Below are positions 41,175 through 56,432 of a stretch of 64,000 nucleotides of DNA, piece by piece. Source of the stretch: Octopus vulgaris (Eukaryota); the NCBI GenBank assembly GCA_951406725.2, contig OX597830.1:60264001-60328000 (forward strand), in the 5' to 3' direction. Numbering within the stretch: the first letter of the stretch is position 1; the number at the start of each line of letters is the position of its first letter. The position numbers and the translations under genes are program-made. The notes under the pieces are model-generated. The model saw only the letters and a list, made by a program, of their open reading frames with translations. It ran no database searches and was not told where the DNA came from.

Positions 41175-41706
41175 AAGGGTCGATTTATTTGTCTATAGCT
41201 TTCAAGGACGTACCTCCCCATAGCCGCAGTCTAGTGACTGCAGCAAGAAAACTGACTTCCTTTAGAAAATTACTTTCTTAACACGTCTTTTGCATACGTC
41301 CTATATTAGCGATTATCTCAGTTCACTTTCAATTTGGCCCATCTTCGGTTACTTTGATAACGTTATGTCAGCATAAATTTTCAGATATATTGATTTGTAC
41401 CGCTCTTCTACATCGAAATATGCTGACATAATAGAAAAGATTGTCGGTTCTGTATAATGTACTCATTAATTAAAGATGTGATTTTCTCCATTCATGTTCA
41501 TGTTGTCAATTACTCCGGATTTCTTAAAGTTCTTCTAAGCGACATTTGAATTTACTTGTCAAACATGAAGAATGTTAATTATATTTGAATTTATTGGTAT
41601 TTCATTGTTGGATGCAGTTAACCGAATTTTTTTCTACACTGAGTGCTTTGTAGATATTTGCCTTTTATCTACCGTTATACACACACACACACACATATAC
41701 ACATTA

Positions 41707-41944
41707 GGGCGGCGCGCTGGCAGAATCGTTAGCACGCCAGGCGAAATGCGTAGCCGTATTTCGTGTGCCGTTACATTCTGAGTTCAAATTCCGCCGAGGT
41801 TGACTTTGCCTTTCATCCTTTCGGGGTCGATAAATTAAGTACCAGTTACGCACTGGGGGGCGATGTAATCGATTTAATCCGTTTGTCTGTCCTTGTTTGT
41901 CCACTCTATGTTTAGCCCCTTGTGGGTAGTAAAGAAATAGGTAT
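41707..41944 (+). mobile_element. SINE family B, full length
   Basis: Head GGCGGCGCGCTGGCAGAATCG, B box GAGTTCAAATTCC, central GCCTTTCATCCTTTCGGGGTCGATAAATTAAGTACCAG (resembles the Meta/MESC-type SINE domain). Confidence 0.85.
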
Positions 41945-42780
41945 TAAAGTGTTCCCGGACTAGTTATGTTCAGTAAAAGCTAATTTATTTACCTAAGTTT
42001 TAACATCACCTCCTTCGAAATAGTCACCTTGCGCAGCAATACACCAGTCCAGCGTTTCTGCCACTTTTGGAATCCGACCTGGAAGTTGATTCCGTAAGGG
42101 AGTCGAGAACCTTCTGCGATTCGCTCTTGATTTTACTGTGTTAAAACAGTAACCTTTGAGATGCATTTTCCTCCTGGGGAAGAGATGGAAGTCTGTAGGT
42201 TACATCCCGAATAGGGCGGGTGCGGAAGTGATGCTATGTTGTTGTTTTTTGGCGGGAATCTCACGAGGGAAAAGAGCTCCGTGACAGGGTGCATTGTCAT
42301 CGTGAAGAATCCAATTCTTCGCGCTTCACAAAGCCGGTCGCTTTCGCCGAATGTCCTCCCTCAAACGCTTCGAAACATCGTTGGTTGTCCTCCAACGATA
42401 CTCATGTACAAGCTGATGAAATTTTCTCCACGTTTCCGGTGGTTACGCTCGTGGCAGGTCTCTCAGGTTGCTCATCGTCTTCCGGGAACGTTCTTCCGCT
42501 TTTGAAGGGCCTGTGCCACTCGAAACACTGTGTATGACCCACTGCTTCGTCGCTGTAAGTTTAACGCAAAATTTCACGTTGGCTCTTTGTTCCAACCTAC
42601 TCTCAGTTACAAAAACCGCAGACTACAGCATACACATGATTACAAAAACATAAATTTCACAATTTGCGAAGTAAACACAACAATGCCACTCGGCATACTG
42701 CCTCATGAAGGTCACTGCTAGCTCTCACTTTGCCGGCAACCATTGACGCGCTACAGAACCAGTCCGGAAACGTTTAGTAT
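41945..42780 (-). mobile_element. Internally deleted mariner-type element
   Basis: TIR remnants TAAAGTGTTCCCGGACTAGT and ACCAGTCCGGAAACGTTTA; minus strand has ILHDDNAP-like and CIAAQGDYFEG C-terminal motifs. Confidence 0.65.
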
Positions 42781-42997
42781 ATACATTGAGGTTATGAGAG
42801 GTAATGGTGTCAAGAATACCCAAAGGTAATGTTGAGTAAGTGCTATGTACAGACTATAGTTAAGCTCCAGCTTCGTTGATTATGCGAATGAGGAGTCCAA
42901 CATAGGTCATGTATGAGCATGCGTATATATAAAAAATTAACAGAGTGAGATAAAAATCCAAGGCTGTGAAAGATTTTAGAACAGTTATAAAGAGAAG

Positions 42998-43045
42998 GTC
43001 TTACATCTGTTTCCGGGATATTTATTATATCCCTTCATCAGAGAC
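42998..43045 (-). ncRNA. Minimal type I hammerhead motif, canonical core
   Basis: Reverse complement: GTCT-CTGATGA-a-GGGATAT-aataa-ATATCCC-g-GAAA-CAGATG-TA-AGAC. Confidence 0.7.
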
Positions 43046-43240
43046 GGTGCGAGAAAATGGTCAAGCAGTAGTTATTCTAGAGAAGATATTAAATACAGAG
43101 TGAAGTGGAGGAGTGAAAACAGACGTGAGATCTACAGATACAATATCCTTGCATATCTCACGACTATTTTCATTCCTCCACTTCACTCTCTATTTCATAT
43201 CTTATCTATAATAACTATTGCTTAACCTTCTTCTCTCACC

Positions 43241-43288
43241 GTCTCCGATGAAGGGATATATAAAATATCCCGGAAACAGCTGTAAGAC
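43241..43288 (+). ncRNA. Minimal type I hammerhead motif (CCGATGA core)
   Basis: GTCT-CCGATGA-a-GGGATAT-ataaa-ATATCCC-g-GAAA-CAGCTG-TA-AGAC. Confidence 0.68.
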
Positions 43289-43624
43289 TTTCTCTTTATA
43301 AATGTTCTGAAATCTTTCACAGCCTTGGATTTTTATCTCATTCTGTTAATTTATTACTCTTTTACTTGCTCCAGTCATTTGACTGCGGCCATCCTGGAGC
43401 ACCGCCTTTAGTCGAGCAAATCGACCCCAGAACTTGTTTAATTTAAAACATGGCAAAAAATGCGGATAAGATTGTAAAAAATATAACCACAGACAACAAC
43501 CCCCACTGGATCCAAGAGAAAAAGTCTTACCTTGCAGCAGCTTCTTTTTGGCAGGCTTAACACTTCCGGCTATCTTCTTCAGTGCACAACACAATGACGC
43601 ATGCGTGCACTGACAACAAAGACT

Positions 43625-43800
43625 CATGGCCGTCCACTTGTGACCGAGGAAGACAATTGCCGACCTTCAGGAACATTGAGCGCTCTAGGACTAACTTATA
43701 TTTTGCATTTGCGGCTCCGTTGGTGGCTAATGAGCCCTGCTCTTGACAAGCATACACGACTGCAATCATTGCAGACCAAGCTTTCCCCATTCACTATACG
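43625..43800 (-). mobile_element. RTE-type LINE extreme 3' end (C-terminal zinc finger and 3' UTR)
   Basis: Minus strand reads LVCNDCSRVCLSRAGLISHQRSRKCKI*. Confidence 0.65.
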
Positions 43801-44411
43801 AGCTGTGTTACAATCTTAATGATGAAACCGATTTTTCTTTTTCTTTTTTAACTGAAAAAATATGGCAATGGTTGACATTTATGGCAAATATGAAGAATTT
43901 CTTACCTTTTCCTGAAGTTAGATTATTGGACAGAAATGTGCTTCGCAAAATAAAGCATGTCGAGGTCAAGTTGTATCGGAATAATGAAATGATTTCGGAC
44001 GTCAATTCTTCTTTCTTTCCTTCTTCCTTTCTCTCCCACTCCGTCGCCTCTTTCTATAACTATATACACACATGTAACAAGCGAAGGAAAAAGTTATTTT
44101 GTCCGTTATTTTGGTTCTTCTATGGTACTTGTATTGTATTTGAACAGTTAACGCTCACGCTCCAAAACATAAGTATTTTGAATCAGTATTTGGCAATCTG
44201 GCAGTCTTTTTACATGGAATGTCGTCTGTCCTTTGAACCCTGAATAGGCTTGTACACATAGATATGAATTATTTATAAATCAAATGTAATATAAGTCGAA
44301 ACAAATCGTTGGACTTTTTGGTTCTTTTCATAATTTTTTATGTTGTCTTATATATTATGTTATATTATATTATGCCATATTATATTATAAACAGGTTGTT
44401 ATATTGTCAAT

Positions 44412-44580
44412 TGATGTTGGTGTGTTTACGTCCCCGTTACTTAGCGGTTCGGCAAAAGAGACTGATAGGATAAGTACTAGGCTTACAAAGAATAAGTCCT
44501 GGGGTCGATTTGTTCGACTAAAAGGCGGTGCTGCAGCATGGTCACAGTCAAATGACTGAAACAAGTAAAAGAGAAAGAGA
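44412..44580 (+). mobile_element. SINE A 3' part
   Basis: Body and tail match other copies. Confidence 0.85.
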
Positions 44581-44779
44581 GATATATGCACTAAGAAAAT
44601 GGAGGGAATCAAGAGTTAGTATTCATCAACTTTTAGACATTACATTACGTCTATTTATTTATTTTTTAAAAGACAATTATAGCAATATACATACATGTAT
44701 AACATATTATGCTTTACATATAAAAGTATCAGTAATTATTAATATATATATCACGTAGAACATAGAAAGTAGGATAATA

Positions 44780-44867
44780 TCTTACAGCTGTTTCAGCAAA
44801 GGGGCCATAGTACCCCATTCTACTTTTGTCCCTCCAGTAAACTGAAGTATTTGGGCTTCGTCAGAGA
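44780..44867 (-). ncRNA. Hammerhead motif with extended stem II
   Basis: Reverse complement: TCT-CTGACGA-AGC-[~57 nt]-GCT-GAAA-CAGCTG-TA-AGA. Confidence 0.55.
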
Positions 44868-45017
44868 GTTTAGGAAGTTCATAAGGTTAAGTTATAAATA
44901 TACATACATACATATATACATACTTTTACGTATACAAACATATACATAAATATGCATAAACACATACACACATATTAAAATGTATATGTATATGTATATA
45001 TGCATACAAAGGAAACA

Positions 45018-45926
<909 letters not shown>

Positions 45927-46605
45927 CTATGTTTGACTTTTGCTTTATATTTGTACAAGTTGGCTCCAAGTCTCACCCAGAGACCTCAAGAGACAACAGG
46001 GTTGGAAGTTCATGTTGTTGTTATGCCTAGTGTGCCATATATTTGGGGGGTGGGGATGTTGTACTAATGAATGTCTAAAAAAAAAAGTTTTTTTTTTTTT
46101 TTTTTTTTTAAACCGAAAATTATGTTTGTTTTAAACCTTGAGATTACATAGAGAGTATTTTGCGTAGGATATGAGCAGTTCCCATGAGCACTATCTTTTG
46201 AACTTCTGCCATTTTTGGGTTTCCTGGTATCTGAGTTAGGTAGCTATCAGTCCCTTTTGCTATCATTCCCAGGGCACCTATGACAACAGGTATTGTTTTA
46301 GTCTTCAGCTTCCACATTTTGCTGATTTCTATTTCAAGATCTTTATATTTGCTCAGTTTTTGGTAGGTCTTGACAGATACGTTTATATCGATTGGGACAG
46401 TCATATCAATGAGGAGGCATGTTCTTTGTTTGAAGTTTTTCAATATGATGTCTGGCCTATTTGCATCTATCTTCCTGTCAGTTTGAATGGTGAAGTTCCA
46501 GAGGAGTGAGATGTGGTCATTTTCAAGCACTGGGGGTGGTTTGTGTTCCCACTAGTTTTTTTCATGGGGCAAATCCAGGTTTTTACAGATTACCCAGTGA
46601 ATATA
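45927..46605 (-). mobile_element. R4/Dong-type LINE 3' fragment (RLE domain and 3' UTR) in (TAA)n
   Basis: LWNFTIQTDRKIDANRPDII..LIDMTVP..KYKDLE..IPVVIGALG; same family as 13933-16016. Confidence 0.92.
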
Positions 46606-46611
46606 TTGTGA

Positions 46612-47580
<969 letters not shown>

Positions 47581-47720
47581 TAGGTGTATTCTTATTAGAT
47601 AAAGTATAAACAGAGGTAGGAGAAAGATATTAAAGAAGCAATGATTGGGCAATTTTAAAAAATCCATAACTTTCTTCTACCTCTGTTTATACTTTATCTA
47701 ATAATAACAATAATAATAAC

Positions 47721-47769
<49 letters not shown>

Positions 47770-47789
47770 TTAATTGATACTTTTGCATG

Positions 47790-48355
47790 CAATTTTTAGA
47801 GGAGGCGATAAATCGATTACACCGACCCCAATGCTCAATTGTTATTTTTTTATCGAACCAAAAAAGATGAATGATAGTCAACCTTTGCGGTATTTGAACT
47901 CAGAACGTAGAGTTGGACGAAATGCCGCTAAGCATTTTTCCGGCTTGCTAGCAAATCTGCCAAGCTCGCCGTCTAAGGGACTCTAAACATTAGCTTCAAA
48001 TTTTGACACAAGGCCAGCAATTTCGGGGGAGCGACTAAGTCGATTACCTCGATCTCAGTGCTCGGCTGGTATTTATTTTATCGACCCCAGTGTTTAACTG
48101 GTTCTTATTTTATCGATCTCGAATGTACGAAAAGCAAAGTCGACCTCGGCGGAATTTGAACTCAGAACGTAAAGGCGGACGAAATACCTATTTCTTTACT
48201 ATCCACAAGGGGCTAAACACAGAGGGGACAAACAAGGACAGACAGACGGATTAACTCGATTATATCGACCCCAGTGCGTAACTGGTACTTAATTTATCGA
48301 CCCCGAAAGGATGAAAGGCCAAGTCGACCCAGCGTGCTAACGATTCTGCCGCCTT
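47790..48355 (-). mobile_element. Tandem and nested SINE B copies
   Basis: Three central-domain copies; 48188-48330 is inserted into the head of another copy. Confidence 0.75.
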
Positions 48356-49531
48356 AGGGACCCTAAATATATTAGGTTTCCTTAGTTTTATAGTTGATTC
48401 GCCACTAACCACGACTACTATATCATTTTATTCTCATTCACATGTATAAAAGTCCTCACCGCAAACATTTGGTTTTACATATTCACTTCAGATATTTCAT
48501 TTCCATTGAACACATTTTACTTATTGATTTTAACTAGATAATTTAGCTGTTTAAAATAACATTAGCCTTATTAATCTATCACAATTATTAATGTAGTGTA
48601 GTATTTTCTGGTATCCATCTGTTTGCTAAGATCTATATTCGCTGTGTTTGTTTTTAATCCATTTTTTTTCCATGGACTCTCAACAACGGAGTTCAAATCT
48701 TTCTTCAACGGAATGTCTGGTTTATTAGAATGCTTTATTGAATGTTTTATTCTAGGAAAGCTTAATAAAATGAAGACTTTTAAAACCTCTTATATATATG
48801 TAATGAATATTTAATGATTGTTTTAGCGTTGCTACTAGATTTATTGTTAATAAAGTTCCATGCTATAGAAATTTTTCTAAAGAATATATTGCCAGAATCT
48901 AGTGTTGTTATTGTTGTTCTTCTTCTTGTGTTGTTGTTGCTGTTGTTGTTGTTGTTGTTGTTGTTGTTCTTCTTCTTCTTCTTCTTCTTCTTCTTCTTCT
49001 TCTTCTTCTTCTTCTTCTTCTTTTTCTTCTTCTTCTTCTTCTTCTTCTTCTTCTTCTTTTCCTCCTCCTCTTTTTCTTCTTTTTCTTCTCCTCCTCCTCC
49101 TCCTTCCGTTTGTTATGTATGCGTGTTTATGTCTGTATGTATCTATGTTTGTAGAGTGCGTGCGCGTATATGCCTCTGTAGGTGCATTCATGTATGTATG
49201 TATGTATGTATGTATGTATGTATACATATAACCTTCGATTTTTACTATCCAAGACATATTTAACCCATTACTTAAACGCTATTATTCATAGCTTTAGCAT
49301 CTTCGAAACAATGTTACCAAAAAGAATCACTCACACACACAAACACACACACACACACATAATAACTGAAAGGCTTCGATTTCCAGGACTCCAAGTTGCT
49401 CGTTTCCGATTACCAGGAGGTAAACCGAGCTCGGTTTCCTTTTGAATACCCGTTGGGAAGGAAATTTGCGGAAATGGCTGCTTAAAGCTCACGCTTTTAA
49501 TTTCATTTCTGGTTCCCGTCGTAAAATTATA

Positions 49532-50856
49532 CAGGGAGTTTCAACAAATTTCATATCATTTGAGATGTAAATATCACAGAAACTACATCGTCAAAGCAAA
49601 TGAAACTAAACAGGTTCAATGTTGAGCAACATAAGATTTATTCCTCCACATTTGAATGAGAAATTCAAAGGTTTGTGGATTCCATGAACGATTTCACAAA
49701 TGTTCAATACATGCACCGCCTGAGACACGGTACATGTCAAGTCGGTAGTCCAGCTCCTCCCAAACACACTGAAGCAGTGCTCGAGTTCCTCTATATTTGC
49801 AGGAAGCGGGGGGACATAGACCAGGCCCTTCACATAGACCTAGAGAAAAAAATTGCAAGCTGTCGGCTCAGGTGAACGTGGAGGCCACTTCAACATCATA
49901 TTGTCTTCATCACCAGCACATCCGACCCAGCTCCCTTTCAGATTGTCATTGGGAAAAGCCCGCACAGTGAGCTTCCAGTGAAGTGGTGTCCCGTCCTGTT
50001 GAAAAATGAAGTCTTCATCTTCATTTGCAATGAGCTCATCCATTAGCCAGTTCTGAAGCATTTGCGGATAAACATCACCAGTAAAATTCCCCTCAAAGAA
50101 AAACAGACCATGAAGATGCTTCTTAGAGATGGCGCAGAACACATTCACTTTTGGTGGGTCCCTCGCATGCTCAACTGTGACATGGGGATTTTCTTCGCCC
50201 CAAATGCAAAAATGATGCTAATTGGTTTTGCCATTCGTATGAAATGTGGCCTCATCACTAAAAACAAGACGTTCCTTGAACTCGGCTTCTTCAAGTTTCT
50301 CTTGCATATCAACACAGAATTGTTTGCGTTTTTGCTTGTCATCTGCCGTTATGGCCTAAACGAGCTGCAACTTGTAAGGTTCCATTGGCAAGCGTTTTTT
50401 CAGGACGCGCCAAACTGTCGTTGGAGGAATCTGGGCTTCGAGATTTGTTCTTCTTATGGACTTCTTGGGGCTTCGCAAGAGTTTTTGGCGAACCCTCTCG
50501 ATCGTCTCTTCCGATGTTAGTGGTCGTCCATATTCTTTTGCCCTGCACAGACAGCTTTTCTCTTTGAATTTTTTGTGCCATCTCCAAATCTGCATTGCCG
50601 TTAGTGACCTTTCAGAGAACTCTCTCATAAATGCACGTTGCAGTCTTGTTCGACTGTGATCGAGCATACTCCAGCACACAAAGCGCTTTTTCTCTTCTAG
50701 TGAATGCTATTTCTATGCCTGAAAAAATAAACATATCAAATATTAAACATAAAATTTTGACCTGTTTCTACACATGCTGTGAAAACTTGAAGTCATTTCA
50801 ACAAGAACTGGCAAAGTTATTAGATTACGAAATATCAAATTTTTTGAAACGCCCTT
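49532..50856 (-). mobile_element. Full-length decayed rosa/DD41D-like Tc1/mariner element
   Basis: TIRs CAGGGAGTTTCAACAAATTTCATATC and ATATCAAATTTTTTGAAACGCCCTT with TA flanks; FSDEATFH and FQQDGTPLH...WPPRSPEPTACNFFL motifs. Confidence 0.85.
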
Positions 50857-51434
50857 TATTATGAACGTCATAAGCTCCATACAATTGAAAACATGGATTC
50901 AGACAATTGTGTGGCTATCACAGAAAGCTCCTCTAACAGACTTGGCTATCAGACCATATAATAATCCCATACAGAGAAGTGTAATGCAGAGTGTTCATGA
51001 AGCTGAAATCCGGAAGATCCGATCAATAAAATTACTTCATAAAATGTCAGGAGATATGGGGGATGAATATATTTATTTACCCACTTGTCATCCTTAGGGT
51101 TACAGTTGTTTCGCAGTTTGATCGTTGAATTCAGTCGCCGGTGCAATCATTATCTTCTGGTGATCTGACGATCTAGCTTTCTTTATTTGCATTGATATTT
51201 GAATATGAAATTCTATCGTATAATGGATAGTAAGCATATTAATGCAAACATGTAAACATAATTTTATTCCACATTGAAATTAATACTACATGAAGAAAGT
51301 TGCGAAACAGTCGTAATCCTAAGGATGTCAAGTGGTTAAATAAAGGTATTCAACACCAACACCAACAACACCAGCACCAACAGCAGCGGAATTAGCAGCG
51401 TCAACAACATCAGAAGCTGCATCACCAGCAGTAG

Positions 51435-51755
51435 TATAGGAAGATACATCGTATATTCCGGAAACAGCTTCAAGCAGAACCTCTCCAACCACAGATTCTC
51501 GTTTAGGATCTCGGGGAAACGATGCGCCACGTCCTTGGCCAGCCATGTGTGGCGCCTGAAAGGCGAAGGGACTCCACACGTAATCTCATGGAAGATCCTA
51601 GAAAAACCAAGAGCAGGTGTTGAGCTGTGCATAGCTAAACGGGCGAGAATGTTAAATAAGTCTCTCGACCCGGGGAGCATCTTATATTCCAAAACGGAGG
51701 TGTTCTGACCCTGCTTACACTTCACGATATTCCTGCTGAAATCCTGGGACCCACA
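51435..51755 (+). pseudogene. Penelope GIY-YIG endonuclease C-terminal remnant
   Basis: FKQNLSNHRFSFR..ATSLASHVWRLK..ISWKILEK..LC...KTEVF*PCLH matches the PLE endonuclease pattern. Confidence 0.7.
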
Positions 51756-51889
51756 AGCCGACCGGGTCGATTAAGGATAGCGGTCTAAGGGAGACATTCT
51801 CTTGCGCTTGACTCTTCTCCTTTGTCTATGTATTCAACAACTAGCCAACAGGTCTTTTCTTCCTCCACTTCGAAAGGAGGTCATAGGCC

Positions 51890-52043
51890 ACGGGCTTCTT
51901 TCAGTTTCTCTCTACCAAATCCTCTCACAAGGCTTGATCGGTCCGAGGCTATATTAGAAGACACTCGCCCAAGGTACCATGCAGAGGGTCTGAACCCAGG
52001 ACCACGTGGTTAGCAAACAAGCTTCATCTCACACTACCACGAC
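51890..52043 (-). mobile_element. SINE A 5' part
   Basis: GGGCTTCTTTCAGTTTC..CCAAGGTACC..TGAACCC. Confidence 0.7.
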
Positions 52044-52590
52044 TGTATATGCAAGTATATATAATTTGAATCACGCTTAATTGTCAGCTAACATCTTGTT
52101 TTAAATTTTCCTTTACCAAATCTCATGATATTGCTTCTAATAAATCTTGATTTTTAAAACTATACCAACTATGATTTCTGTCTGCTCCCTCAGCCCCACC
52201 ACTAACAAATACTGCCCTCTGTTCTGTCAGCCTTAGATATACAAGGATTTGATAAACTAGTCTATAAATTAAAACTGACCCCATAAAAACAAAAAATAAT
52301 CAGTGATAGGCAGAGCTTGTATCAATGTATATCTTCTTGATAACTTAGTAACTTCTATGCTGGAGTGGAGACAGCATGTTCTTTGTCTATCTCCTTAACT
52401 TCTTGAAAATTTTAGGTATAATTATACTAATGTGTCCATCTGTTCTAATTTAATTAAATTCTATGTCTTTGTGCAACCGAGGATTGCTCTGCATTTTAAA
52501 TTGATGTAATGATTGCATTGTTCAAGTAAATGGAGTTGCATGAAACGATCGTACTGCATTACCTCTGGATATCCTTGTTGCTTAATTTGA

Positions 52591-52623
<33 letters not shown>

Positions 52624-52821
52624 TCTTTTATTCGTTTATTCTTTTACTTGATTCAGTCATTCGACTGTGACTATACTGGAGCACCGACTTAGCCGGAAGT
52701 CGCTAGCCAATAGCAAAGGAGATAATCACTAATTGTTTCCTTTGAGTAGTGAGATATTTCCCCCCTCCATATTTTGAAGAGGTCATGGTCGACAGGTAAT
52801 CCCATAAATCGGCCTTCCCCA

Positions 52822-52895
<74 letters not shown>

Positions 52896-53875
52896 CGCAT
52901 ATGCACTCGCACACCTATGCACGTGCACACATGCACACGTTTTTCAATGTGTAAATATTCATGTACATAAATATTGAAACATATTTCCATACACATTATA
53001 CTATGAACGTGCAAACGCGCACACGTGTACCACTACTGATACACATGCACCTCACAGACATCCAAACACACACACACACACACATATATAGCCAAACACA
53101 AATGCTTGAGAGAAAGGGAGAGGCGACAGAGAGTGAGGTAGGGAGAGAGAGAGAAATTTTCACATTCTACATAAAATGGAGTTCTGGGAAAATGAAAACA
53201 GCGATGGTTGATGAAATTGATGAATTTACAACAGAAAAACACCTGCACAATTATTTATCTTATCTAACATCAACACTACCAACAGCACCGGCAGCACAAC
53301 ACCTAGAGTATATCTAGTTTAGCAGAATGATGTTCGCATACCGTTGTGATGCTGGTGTGTGTCATATTTGACAATTGACAGTAGCTAATGTTTATGCATG
53401 TACTGCATTTCAATGTGATTATAGATGCTAAGATATCTACGTATACACATAAAAAGCCTTGTATCTTTTCGGCGAACAACGAAGTTATATGGACGTAAAT
53501 AAACCAACACCGATTGAAGGCAAACACAAGAGACTTGTCACTGATATCACACAGTGCGACTGATCCCCGAACCACATAACAGGGAAGCAAGCTTGATAAT
53601 CACACAGCCACGCCTACGCCTGACAAACGAAAAAAAGGGGTTAGTCAACGTATTTAGCAGGATTTTCGTATATCATTAAATAGTTCGTTTCGGCACCACG
53701 CAACTGACATTATAAGAAGGACAGATGAAAGCTACTTATTATAATATAGGCAAATATTCTCACTAGTTGTTGAAAAACCCTGTATGTATATATATATAAG
53801 AGAGAGAAAGATTCTGTCCGTTTGTTTGTCCACCAAAATGAAGCTAAATGGTTCAAGGGAAGCTATTATGCTTTT

Positions 53876-55046
53876 CCTATATATATATATATAAAATCGA
53901 AATTCTGTCTCTTTCTCCGGCAAAATGAAAGTACCTGATTCGAGGGAAGGTATTACGCCGTTGCATAATTTGTCTCAGCCAAAATTATGCAAGATTAATT
54001 GTGCACAAACTTATGACAAACTGCATTGAGGTAAATATTCTCACTTGTTGTGGTAAAGGTGACACAATCTTCATTTTTCATATACCAGTTATACCAGTAA
54101 TGTCCCATTCCAATTTAAGCGGTTACAGTTTCCTATCCGAGTTTCTTTTGAGATGAGCATTAATAAAAGTCAGGGCCAAACACTAACAGTTGCTGGATTA
54201 CAACTTCAACAACCATGCTTTTCACTTGGCCAACTTTATGTAGGAGCAACACGAGTGGGAGCAAAAAGTAAATCTTTTTGCTTATGCACCCCGAAATAAA
54301 ACCAAAAAAAATCATTGTTTATAAAGTAATATTCACTCTTAATGAAACAAGAATATTTCAATAGCTTACTTTACCATTACTATCATTACATTCAAGAATG
54401 AGTAAATTACCTATTTAAGTGAACTGTATTATAACTGACGCCATGATAGATCGTTAGCCACTACACACATTTCTTTTCTCTCCTTGTTTCTCTCCTTGTT
54501 TTTTCTGTGTCCCTTTCTGTAGAAGAGCGTAGGCTCGAAACGTAAAAGACTTTTTCTATTCCTGAGCATTATACTAATACATCTGTTTGTTTTGTACACC
54601 ACCTGTCTTCATCTTTTGTTGTTCTTTTTTTTTCGTAAACTCTCTCTGTATTATATAATTGCCATTACTCTATTGATAAATATAATAACACGTACAACTC
54701 ACGTATAATTATCTTATAATAAACAAACTGAAATTCATGTATGAAGTTGCTCTTCTTCCTGCCTCAATTATCACATGCTTTTTTCTCTTATAACAATATT
54801 GTATAGTTGACGTTACTGTATTAATAAATAAAATACCACATACAACTCACTTATTATTGTCATATAATAAACAAAAACAAGTTCATGTATGAAATTGATC
54901 TTTTTTCTACTTCAATTATTACATATTTTTCTCTTATAAAAATACACACACAGGAGGAGTAAATTATACATATAATAATACTTTGAATGTGGTTCCCGAG
55001 AAACAGTAAAAGTAATTACCCGATCAACGACCGGTATTACTGCTAG
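53876..55046 (+). mobile_element. Non-autonomous Helitron with PIF1-helicase C-terminal remnant
   Basis: FKRLQFPIRVSFEMSINKSQGQTL..CFSLGQLYVGATRV at ~54090-54270; 3' hairpin followed by CTAG|T at 55043-55047; 5' boundary approximate. Confidence 0.85.
54513..54548 (+). ncRNA. Hammerhead-like motif with non-canonical core, in a pLTR-like insert (~54440-54650) inside the Helitron
   Basis: CTTT-CTGTAGAA-GAGC-gtag-GCTC-GAAA-CG-TA-AAAG; flanks match 30290-30475. Confidence 0.45.
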
Positions 55047-55057
55047 TATATATAAAT

Positions 55058-55223
55058 ACGAGAGGTTCGTTTTAGTTTCCGGCTACCATATCCACTCACA
55101 AGGCTTTGCCCGGCCCGCTGCTATAATAGAAGACACTTGCCCAAGGTGTCACACGGTGGGACTGAGCTCGGAACCTTGTTGTTGGGAAGCAAAGTTCTTA
55201 CCACACAGCCACTCCTGCACCTA
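55058..55223 (-). mobile_element. SINE A 5' part
   Basis: Reverse-complemented head CCACACAGCCACTCCTGCACCT. Confidence 0.8.
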
Positions 55224-56119
55224 TATGTAGAGATGTTATTCATATACGTGTAAATTCATGCATATATATGTGCGTATATGCACACATACATATGTGTATA
55301 CCTTTACACACAGACACACACATATATATATATATATATACACGTGCATGCGTGCATACACACACGCTCGCACACAAACACGCACATTATGTATATATAC
55401 GCAATGACATACACTCATATATGCACCTTCATACATATGATACTTAGTCAAGTAAAACGGAAATCTACGAACAGAACCATTAATACACAAAATCACACAT
55501 ATAAACAGAGACACGCTTAAACTTAAACACCCACAAAAGGCCCTCCGACGCATACACAGAAGCATACAAACGCACACAGAATTACACAAGCAGAAGCATA
55601 GAAACGTAGGTACATAAACGCTCACATGTACACTTACAAACGCACACACTGCACAAACATACACATACACACTGCAAAGGAAATCCACTGAAGTGTGAAG
55701 GAAACGCTTATGACGTGTGCCAAAGTTATTGGCAATGTCTGTCTCTGATTGGTTGATCTGATGACAGTTGTGCAGTTGGTCAGGCCACCAGAGGAGCAGA
55801 TGTCACACAAAGAGCAACGGGACACACACACACACACACACATCTACTTGTATACATATATACATACTCACATACAAACACGCATTCATGTGCGTTCAAG
55901 CGTGACAGAAACACGCGCGCAACACTTGCACACACACATACATATTGACATGCTATAATACATATTTTGATATACATACACACACACACACACACACATA
56001 AACACACACGCACTCACACACACACACACATATTAGTATTCTAACACAAAAATAAACATATATATGCATGCATAATTTGTCCCCATATCAGTATCTCATT
56101 CTTTCTTTCTTTCTCTCTC

Positions 56120-56169
<50 letters not shown>

Positions 56170-56392
56170 TCATCCCTTTTACTCCCCACACCACATCCCA
56201 TACACGTGTGACTCAGCGAAGCGAAGCAAAAACTCTAGACTTGCCGCTTCAATAGTCACTGGTCGTTCGTCACTCTACATAACGACTAAGTTTTTCTGGG
56301 ATTTCGAGGTCACAGCGTTCACAAGCGTGCACCGCCACACACTGCTATCCATCGCCTTATAAGACCTGTATACTACCACCACCACCACCACC

Positions 56393-56432
<40 letters not shown>

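Larger units (their letters stand above)
42934..43352. repeat. ~420-bp palindrome (inverted Penelope-type pLTR) with one hammerhead per arm
   Basis: Arms are reverse complements around ~43140; hammerheads at 42998-43045 (-) and 43241-43288 (+). Confidence 0.85.

Noticed and set aside
43525-43627. Host exon ending at a strong minus-strand donor CAAG|GTAAGA
   Set aside because: Upstream sequence is an RTE 3' end; no clear acceptor or recognisable protein. It cannot be excluded without RNA-seq.
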